Of a stretch of DNA of 64,000 nt, positions 57,163-64,000 are shown piece by piece. The notes beneath the pieces were generated by a model. The model was not told the DNA's origin. It saw only the letters and a program-made list of their open reading frames with translations, and made no database searches. Source of the stretch: Chloroflexota bacterium. GTDB taxonomy: Bacteria > Chloroflexota > Dehalococcoidia > Dehalococcoidales > UBA2162. The position numbers and the translations under genes were made by a program. How positions within the stretch are numbered: position 1 is the stretch's first letter; the number at the start of each line of letters is the position of its first letter. The stretch lies in contig JACPPV010000004.1 in NCBI GenBank assembly GCA_016190825.1, positions 141 to 64,140 of the forward strand. Reading direction: 5' to 3'.

Positions 57163-58792
57163 TCTTCCCCCTCCGCTCCCGGATAACCATGAAAGCCATC
57201 GGGACTGAAGAAAGCAGCATCAGAAGCAGAGCAGGGACCGCCGCCCTGGCGAAAAAGCCTTCCGATGTGTACGACCATATAGACGCAGCCAGAGTCCTGA
57301 AGCCGATAGGGCTGAGAAGTAACGTCGCCGGTAATTCCTTCATTGTCGTTAAGAAGACCAGTGCCGCGCCGACCAGAATTCCAGAACGCATCAGCGGTAT
57401 GGTAATTGAGCGTAAAGTTTGCCAGGGCGTACGGCCCATGGTGCGTGCCGCTTCCTCTAAGCGCGGGTTGATTTGCAGCAGTGATGAGCGCAGCGCTCCC
57501 ACTGCCTCCGGCAGGAACAGTATCATGTAAGCCAGGACAAGGAAGACCAGGGTCTGATAGAAGACGATCGCGTAGTTTGCTCCGAAAAACACCAGCGCCA
57601 GGGCAATAACGATGCCCGGAAGAGCAAAACCAATATAGGTTGTTCTCTCCAAAAAGCTGCTCATGCGGCCGGGAAAACGCACTGCCAGGATGGCCACCGG
57701 CAGGGCAGCAACCACAGTCACAAGAGCCGCCAGCAGCGAAACATACCCTGAATTCAGGGCCGGAGACCAGGCGATATCAAACCTCTCGCCCACCACCATT
57801 GCGCGAATCAGCCAGTAAAGAAGGACCGAAATGGGCAGCACGGTGGTGAGCAGTACTACCAGGGAACAGAAAACCAGGGACGGCCAGCGCCAGGCTCCCA
57901 GCCTCCGGTAAACCGGCTGGCGCGCGATGCCCACTGTAACGCGATGGTACTTTGCCGTCCCCCGGGTATAAGCCTCGATGAAGAGGATGATAATTGCCAC
58001 AATAACCAGGACGGTGGATAGACCCGCTGCCAGCACCCGGTCGAAGGAGGTCTGATACTGGATATAAATCGCCCAGGTGAAGGTCTCGTAGCGCATCAGT
58101 GATACAGCCCCGAAGTCCTTCAACGCGTAAAGAGCCACCAGCAAAGTGCTCGTGGCGATGGCCGGGCGTAGTTGCGGCAATACTACGCGGCGAAAGGTCT
58201 TCCAGCCATTGTTCCCCAGGGAGAGTGAAGCTTCTTCCAACGAATAGTCCAACCCCCGGATTGATGCCTGCAACGTCAGCAAAGTGTAGGGATAACTTAT
58301 CATGGCTATAGCCAGCAACGCACCAGGGAAGCCATAAATCTCCGGCAATCTCTCCAGTCCGAAGGTCCCGGCAAGTAGCTGCTGCAACATTCCCCTCGGC
58401 CCGAAGGCGGCGATGACGACAAAACCGGCGACATAGCTTGGCATAACCAGTGGCAGCGCGGTCAGGACCGCCCACACCCGGCGCAAGGGGAGGTCAGTAC
58501 GGGTGGTGAGCCAGGCAAGAGGAAGAGACACCGCCAGGGACACCCCGCTCACCGCTACGACCAAAAGCACCGTTCTGACTAGAATTTGAAATATCCGGGG
58601 CCGGAACAAGAGACCCCAGAGGTCACTGCCGGCTCCCATGGTGCGCAGCGCCAGATAAGCCAGCGGCAGCAAAACCAGCAGCAAGACGGCCACTGCCGGC
58701 AACCAGATGATGGTGGGCGGCCAGGGGAAGTTTCTCCCCGGGCCACCCACCATCTTTATTTCTTTCAGCCTCGTGGCAATATCAATTCCCAT
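57155..58792 (-). CDS. Iron(III)-type ABC transporter permease (duplicated FbpB-like)
   Basis: 545 aa. Two tandem permease modules with 12 predicted TM helices. Confidence 0.9.
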   Translation of the reverse strand: MGIDIATRLKEIKMVGGPGRNFPWPPTIIWLPAVAVLLLVLLPLAYLALRTMGAGSDLWGLLFRPRIFQILVRTVLLVVAVSGVSLAVSLPLAWLTTRTDLPLRRVWAVLTALPLVMPSYVAGFVVIAAFGPRGMLQQLLAGTFGLERLPEIYGFPGALLAIAMISYPYTLLTLQASIRGLDYSLEEASLSLGNNGWKTFRRVVLPQLRPAIATSTLLVALYALKDFGAVSLMRYETFTWAIYIQYQTSFDRVLAAGLSTVLVIVAIIILFIEAYTRGTAKYHRVTVGIARQPVYRRLGAWRWPSLVFCSLVVLLTTVLPISVLLYWLIRAMVVGERFDIAWSPALNSGYVSLLAALVTVVAALPVAILAVRFPGRMSSFLERTTYIGFALPGIVIALALVFFGANYAIVFYQTLVFLVLAYMILFLPEAVGALRSSLLQINPRLEEAARTMGRTPWQTLRSITIPLMRSGILVGAALVFLTTMKELPATLLLSPIGFRTLAASIWSYTSEGFFARAAVPALLLMLLSSVPMAFMVIRERRGKIE

Positions 58793-58813
58793 TAACTGTT
58801 AACTTCTACTAAG

Positions 58814-59845
58814 CTAAGGAATTATACCAACTTTCCTCAGTAAATTAACAGTGCCTTTGACATCCGCCATCTGCGGCATGTCAACATCCGGGCTCTTGAC
58901 TTCTGCGAGCGGCTTCAACAGCCGGTGAGTCTTTACCCCCGCAATAACCGGATATTCAAAGGTCTGGGAAGCGAAGTACTGCTGCGCCACCGGAGACAGC
59001 ATGAACTCCATAAACCGCTGCGCGGCTTCTTTGTTCTTAGACGTCTCGAGAATTCCGGTGCCGGCAACCAGGACAACGGAGCCGGGTCCGCCACCCCTCA
59101 TGTAATAGTTCCGCGCCGGGAAGGACTCTCCCTTTTCCTGCATGATGCCGTAGAGATAGTAGTGGTTGGGAAAACCAACGTCAATTTCACCGGCGCCCGC
59201 GGCGTTTACCTGGGCGGTATTGTTGGGGTATACCTTCGGATTATTGGACTGCATTCCCTTCAGCCATTGCTCGGTCTTTTCCTCGCCCCAGAGTACCCGC
59301 ATCGCGGTGACCATCGCCTGGAAAGAGGCATTGGTTGGCGCCCATCCCATGCGGTTCTTCCACTTGGGGTCGGTAAAGTCCCAGATGTCATCGGGAAGGT
59401 CGTTCTCCGCAAGCTTCTGGCTGTTATAGACCACGACCCTGGCCCGTCCCGAGATGCCTACCCATGTTCCTTTTGGCGAGCGAAACCTGGCCGGAACCAG
59501 ACTAAGGATGGTGTCCGGTAGGGGCATCAGGAGTGAGTCAACGGCACCAAGTCCACCGGGGTCCTGGGCGAAAAAGACATCCGCCGGGCTGTTCTTGCCC
59601 TCCTCCAGGATGGCTGCCGCCATTTCAGCGGTGCCGCCATAGCGGACCTGCACCTTGACTCCGGCTACATTGCCGAATTGCTCAATTATCGGTTTTACCA
59701 GTGATTCAGCGCGCCCCGAGTAAATTGTCAGAGTCTGAGCCGGGGCAGGCGCAGCGGGAGCAGGCTGGGCCGCCGGGGCGCAAGCGCCCAAGATAAAGGA
59801 TGATATTATTACCATGGTAACCAGACCGCTAAACAGTTTCCGCAC
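58814..59845 (-). CDS. Fe3+-type ABC substrate-binding lipoprotein (FbpA-like)
   Basis: 343 aa. Lipobox ILGAC, Ala/Pro linker and family-1 SBP fold. GTG start. Confidence 0.85.
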   Translation of the reverse strand: MRKLFSGLVTMVIISSFILGACAPAAQPAPAAPAPAQTLTIYSGRAESLVKPIIEQFGNVAGVKVQVRYGGTAEMAAAILEEGKNSPADVFFAQDPGGLGAVDSLLMPLPDTILSLVPARFRSPKGTWVGISGRARVVVYNSQKLAENDLPDDIWDFTDPKWKNRMGWAPTNASFQAMVTAMRVLWGEEKTEQWLKGMQSNNPKVYPNNTAQVNAAGAGEIDVGFPNHYYLYGIMQEKGESFPARNYYMRGGGPGSVVLVAGTGILETSKNKEAAQRFMEFMLSPVAQQYFASQTFEYPVIAGVKTHRLLKPLAEVKSPDVDMPQMADVKGTVNLLRKVGIIP

Positions 59846-60019
59846 TTAGATGTAATCTCCTTTCAAAGATAAATGACTAACTTCTCACTTGAATCGGGAA
59901 TGTTCCTCAGAAATAACCTGTCACCATAGACCTCCTTCTACTCGCTGAGACTTTATTTTATAGATGCTAATGTGCTCTATTACTATATCCTAATCTAAAG
60001 GCACTGTCAAGCCTTACTA

Positions 60020-60089
60020 GGAGTAGTCTTCCGCAAAATTGTCATTCCCGCAAAACTTGTCCCATACTTGTTACGGGAGCGGGAATGAC
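60020..60089 (+). repeat. B-like fragment plus type A two-tier hairpin repeat
   Basis: ggagtagtcttccgc, then ttgtcattcccgcaaaacttgtcccatacttgttacgggagcgggaatgaca. Confidence 0.7.
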
Positions 60090-60315
60090 AATGGAAAACG
60101 CTGAAACTTCCCTGGGAAGCGCGTTTCGCCGAAGCTCATAATTCAAGAGCATCCTTGAAAAAGCTTACGTAAAGGTTCACCCGTTCGTAAAGCTTTCCCT
60201 GTCATTGTGAGTCTTACGTAAACATTCGAACCTCAAATAAGTAGATATACCTATTAGTCTCTTGAGACGAAAGTATCATACTGGAATTAACCATACTGGT
60301 AAAAGGGGGTTCTTC

Positions 60316-63300
60316 TTGAAAAAACATCTTTCATTCTTACTCAGAAAAGTCCGTTACTTCGGCCTGACGGCGCTGCTGCTGGCCAGCCTGCTTCCGGTTA
60401 TCAATAGCTCACCCGCCACTCAAGCCCAGGGCGAAACGAAGATTTTCGATGTTTCAGCCATTGACGTTGTCATCATGGTCAACCGTCATGGCGATAACAA
60501 CCCCCTGGGCAAGATGTTTGTCCTGGATGAGAATATTCCCGCGGTGCGCGCCCGGGAAGCATTACCTCTTACCGATTTTGACCGGGTAAACGTCGGCTTG
60601 AGGGATGATCCCATCCAGCCGCTCGTTATCCGGGCAAACGTCGGGGATACGGTAATAGTCAATTTCACCAACCGGCTGAATAGCTCCAGCGAGCGGGCAA
60701 GTTTTCACATCCAGGGATTGCCGGTGGATATCAGGACTTCAGCCGGGTCAAACGTGGGCCTCAATCCGGATACCACCGTTGGCCGCTTTGAGAGCACTAC
60801 CTACACGATAAAGATTCCGGACGAGACAAACTACGAAGGCGCCTACATCTTTAACAGCATGGGCGACCCGCGCACGCAGCAGGTGAACGGTCTTTTCGGC
60901 GTGCTCAATATCGAGCCGAGAGGTTCCACCTACCTGAATCCAATCACCGGCCAGCCCCAGAAAAGCGGCTGGGACGCAATGATCGTCGATCCCGTAGGTA
61001 AGGACTTCCGCGAAGATACCATCATATACCACGAGTTTGGCGATGAAACCTTCAATCTCAGTGACAGGAATGGCGGTCAGATCCCCCAGAACGTGACAAT
61101 GGATGGCGCTACCAACTACCGGCCGGGCACGCGGCTCATCAACTACCGCTCCGAGCCATTTTTCCGCCGGGAGGAGGTGGCCGAGACGGTACGGGAACAC
61201 CCCGATGAGTCCCAGGACTACGGCTCTTACGCAAACGGAGACCCGCCCACCCCGATGCCCCGTGGGTATGTGGGTGATCCGACCAAGCGCCGCATCGTCC
61301 ACGCCGGTTCGGAGCGCTTCCATCAGGAGCACCTCCATGGCGGCTCCATCCGCTGGCGCTTCGACCCCTTCCTTGAACCGGACCAGTGGGGATTACCATT
61401 CAGCAAGACGCCGATGACTCAATCTCTCTCCACGCGGCTGGACTCGCAGGGAGTCGGCCCGGGCGAGACCTACACCATCGCCACCGAAGGCGCGGCCGGT
61501 GGTCTTCAGGGAGGGGCCGGCGAGTTTCTTTTCCACTGCCACTACCCCCACCACTACATCGCCGGGATGTGGAGCTTCTGGCGCGTCTTTGATACCCTCC
61601 AGACTTCGGATAACGGACTCTTCGGCAACCCGGCGCTGGCTGAGCTTCCGGACCGTGCCGGACAAACGCCGGCAGCGGTGAACTCGATCGCCCTGCTGGG
61701 CCGGACGATGCTAAACGGCAAGACTCTGACCACAGGGGCAACCAGCGCCACCAGCATCAATATTACCGAATGGATGAGGAATTTCCTGCCGCCGCAGGGC
61801 GTACCGCTGGATTACGATGCCTCGGTATGGGACTGGACGGCCGCCGATACCGAACAAGGCCCGCTCTATCTCTCCGAGCCGGAAACAATCAGTGAATGGC
61901 CGAACTATACCTCGCCTGCCCCGGGGGAGAGGCTGGAGATAAAATTCAATCCCGTGAACGGGCGTCCCGCCTTCCCATTACTACGGCCCCACCTGGGCAA
62001 ACGCCCGCCTTTCGCCCCGATGCGCAGCGGCTCTCCTTACCTGGGCGAGCCGGATACCGTCTTCTCCGATGGCTTATCGCTTGTTCCTGCCGGGGCGAGA
62101 CGTATTGAATACACTGTGGAGACCACCTTCGCTCCCGTCACCTTCAACCAGGAAGAGGGTATCGCAATCGATGGCGCCCTGCTCGTGCTTGACGAGGACA
62201 AGGCTGATATCCTGGCCGGGATCCAGCCCAAGGAACAGCTTACCATCCGCGCCAGGGTGGGGGATGGGGTGGATGTCATCCACTACAGCTCAATGGATGA
62301 CTCCGGCCCGTTTGCCTTCTCCAAGGCGAACATCCATATCCACTTCGTCCAGTTTGACACCCAGGCATCGGATGGCGTTATCAGCGGGATGTCCTATGAC
62401 CAGTCGGTCAGGGCTTATACACAAGAGGGGCCTCCGGATGGTCCCGGCGGCCTCCCTGACGGCATCAGGCTGACAGCGCCAGCGCCGGCCGGTTCCACGG
62501 AAATAACCGTGGACAGCGCCGAAACATTGCAGGTCAACGCCTTTATCGGAGTCGGCTTCGGGGTGCCGCGCCGCAACCGTGATGGCGGCAATCTGGCCGG
62601 AACCTTGAACCAGGACGGCGGTTTTGAGTGGGCGCAGATTATCGCCAAGAACGGCAATACCCTGACGCTCGACCGCCCGCTTGAAAATAACCATCCCACC
62701 GACCAGTTTGTCGGCACCGAGTTTGTGCGCTACCAGTGGTACGCCGATGGCGAATCCGGCACCACCTTCTTCCATAACCACGTTTTCGGCATCCCTGGCT
62801 TTGGCGTTGCCCTGACCGGCGCCCTCATACAGGAGCCGGTTGGCTCCGTCTGGCACCCCGCGACTGACCTTGACAGCGAGCAGCTTCGCGCCGGTACGCA
62901 GGCAATCATCACCACGCCCACACCGGTGGCGCAGGACATTCCTGCCCAGCCATTCCGCGAATTCGTCCTGCACATGATGTCGGCCAGCACCGGAGTCGAG
63001 TCAGGCGGGGGCGGTGGTGAGGCCGGCGCCGTGAATATGAAGATGGAGCCACTGGACCGGCGGCTTGGCGATCCCGCCCATCTCTTCTCGTCAGTCACCC
63101 ATGGCGACCCGGAGACGCCGGTACTGAAAGCCTATGCCGGCGACATGGTTTCCATGCGCCTGATAAGCAGCTCCGGACATGACAACAGTAGCTTCCATCT
63201 GGCAGGGCATCGCTTCCGCATCGAGCGCAACGTCCCCACCGAACCGGCCAAAGATAGCATTTCCTTTGGCATCTCAGAACGGTTCGACGTCTTCATGACC

Positions 63301-64000
63301 GCCGGCTCGGTCGGCTTGCAGGCGGGCGACTATGTCTACATGAACGGGATGCACGAGAAGATGGTGGATGGCGCCTGGGGTATATTCCGCGTCTTTGACA
63401 ATCTCCAGCCGAACTTGCCTCAGATCCAAACACGCTTCCCGCTACGGCCGGCCGGGGCGGACACTTTCCCGCAGAACGCCGTTACCGGCGGAGCGCCACC
63501 ACTGGCCGCCCAGCCCCAGACGGTCGAGCAGCTAAAGACAAGGCTCGAGCTTAACGGCTACCTGCTTCCCGCCGATATGCCGGTGCGTACCTACGATGTG
63601 ACTGCCATCGAGACCCCCATTAACTTTTCAACCGGTCAGAGCATCGGCAGCGGCCGCGCCTACGTCTTATCCGAGGATGAGGCGGCCGTGCTGGCGGGCA
63701 CAAAACCACTGGAGCCTCTCGTCCTTCGGGCGAACGTGGGAGAGATAGTCCGTGTCAATTTCACTAACCACCTGACCGCTAGCCGCGCGTCGCTGCACGT
63801 GGGGCAACTGATCAAACCGGCTGATTCCCTGGGAGGCGCTTTCGGCTTCAATAACGATTCTACTGCCGGACCCGGAGAAACGAGGACCTACTGGTTCGTT
63901 ATCGATCCGCGGTTTGAGGTGCCCCGTTCCTTCATCATCAGCGACATGGGCGACCTGATTGACGGCGGCCTTTCCGGCCTCTATGGCGTCTTCATCATCG
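60316..64000 (+). CDS. Secreted giant multi-domain multicopper oxidase (5' partial; runs off the window)
   Basis: Frame checked codon by codon, with no stop from 60316 to 64000 (over 1228 codons). TTG start behind AAAGGGGG. Signal peptide MKKHLSFLLRKVRYFGLTALLLASLLPVINSSPATQAQG. Copper motifs HQEHLHGG, FHCHYPHHYIAGMW, HIHFVQFD and FFHNHVFG. Absent from the ORF track. Confidence 0.8.
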   Translation, partial: MKKHLSFLLRKVRYFGLTALLLASLLPVINSSPATQAQGETKIFDVSAIDVVIMVNRHGDNNPLGKMFVLDENIPAVRAREALPLTDFDRVNVGLRDDPIQPLVIRANVGDTVIVNFTNRLNSSSERASFHIQGLPVDIRTSAGSNVGLNPDTTVGRFESTTYTIKIPDETNYEGAYIFNSMGDPRTQQVNGLFGVLNIEPRGSTYLNPITGQPQKSGWDAMIVDPVGKDFREDTIIYHEFGDETFNLSDRNGGQIPQNVTMDGATNYRPGTRLINYRSEPFFRREEVAETVREHPDESQDYGSYANGDPPTPMPRGYVGDPTKRRIVHAGSERFHQEHLHGGSIRWRFDPFLEPDQWGLPFSKTPMTQSLSTRLDSQGVGPGETYTIATEGAAGGLQGGAGEFLFHCHYPHHYIAGMWSFWRVFDTLQTSDNGLFGNPALAELPDRAGQTPAAVNSIALLGRTMLNGKTLTTGATSATSINITEWMRNFLPPQGVPLDYDASVWDWTAADTEQGPLYLSEPETISEWPNYTSPAPGERLEIKFNPVNGRPAFPLLRPHLGKRPPFAPMRSGSPYLGEPDTVFSDGLSLVPAGARRIEYTVETTFAPVTFNQEEGIAIDGALLVLDEDKADILAGIQPKEQLTIRARVGDGVDVIHYSSMDDSGPFAFSKANIHIHFVQFDTQASDGVISGMSYDQSVRAYTQEGPPDGPGGLPDGIRLTAPAPAGSTEITVDSAETLQVNAFIGVGFGVPRRNRDGGNLAGTLNQDGGFEWAQIIAKNGNTLTLDRPLENNHPTDQFVGTEFVRYQWYADGESGTTFFHNHVFGIPGFGVALTGALIQEPVGSVWHPATDLDSEQLRAGTQAIITTPTPVAQDIPAQPFREFVLHMMSASTGVESGGGGGEAGAVNMKMEPLDRRLGDPAHLFSSVTHGDPETPVLKAYAGDMVSMRLISSSGHDNSSFHLAGHRFRIERNVPTEPAKDSISFGISERFDVFMTAGSVGLQAGDYVYMNGMHEKMVDGAWGIFRVFDNLQPNLPQIQTRFPLRPAGADTFPQNAVTGGAPPLAAQPQTVEQLKTRLELNGYLLPADMPVRTYDVTAIETPINFSTGQSIGSGRAYVLSEDEAAVLAGTKPLEPLVLRANVGEIVRVNFTNHLTASRASLHVGQLIKPADSLGGAFGFNNDSTAGPGETRTYWFVIDPRFEVPRSFIISDMGDLIDGGLSGLYGVFII

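Noticed and set aside
5377-60235. Could the recurring about 30-50 nt repeats be a CRISPR array?
   Set aside because: The copies are scattered singly over 55 kb in separate intergenic gaps. They belong to several sequence families, are not regularly spaced with unique spacers, and no cas genes are present.
2709-62973. Many long ORFs antisense to confident genes: 2709..3416, 5514..6239, 10634..11683, 18535..19272, 21704..22570, 26553..27332, 31597..32382, 44387..45250, 45042..45863, 56044..57186, 60748..61338 and 62290..62973.
   Set aside because: Each lies fully opposite a gene with strong family motifs. Their translations are Arg/Pro/Gly/Ser-rich and low in complexity, as expected for stop-poor antisense frames in GC-rich DNA. 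None has a recognisable motif or SD.

Overview
This is a gene-dense, moderately GC-rich bacterial chromosome segment with about 60 protein genes. I saw no rRNA, tRNA, CRISPR, transposase, integrase or phage genes. The gene content and the intergenic repeat flora suggest an anaerobic Chloroflexota/Dehalococcoidia-like organism, but that is inference only.

Gene order:
- A selenocysteine formate dehydrogenase with NuoE/NuoF (HydBC-type) partners, followed by NfnAB.
- A decayed AT-richer gene, then kdpFABCD with a truncated kdpE.
- A PatB-type C-S lyase and a GlgC-like nucleotidyltransferase.
- A redox/stress run: Usp, Tpx, CBS, Acs, Hsp20, an AhpD-like CMD protein and a rubrerythrin-like protein.
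- A two-gene 2-oxoacid:ferredoxin oxidoreductase and a ferredoxin.
- Two VOC proteins, an AcsE-like pterin-binding protein, TrpS, a Lon-like protease and a second Hsp20.
- UDG family 4, a disulfide reductase, class II RNR, an MBL-rhodanese fusion and an M42 peptidase.
- A histidine kinase / CheY / histidine kinase operon.
- A NEW3-like duplicated surface protein, a tandem Usp, SecDF and a CCA-adding enzyme.
- GlnA next to NrpR, then an Fe3+-type ABC importer.

What the ORF track does not explain:
1. An in-frame TGA (3639..3641) joins two track ORFs into one Sec-FdhA.
2. An open frame of more than 3.6 kb (60316..64000) is absent from the track. It encodes a secreted giant multicopper oxidase that is divergent from the iron importer.
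3. An unlisted kdpF and a 44-codon kdpE stub.
4. About 20 short structured intergenic repeats of several related families, mostly headed by GTCATT and mostly just downstream of stop codons. There are also two long AAATCCGAA-armed hairpin elements.
5. A sensor kinase with an extracytoplasmic CxxCH motif.

I did not find a discrete multi-gene novel system such as a defence island. The least-explained signals are the repeat system and the giant oxidase / iron-uptake pairing.
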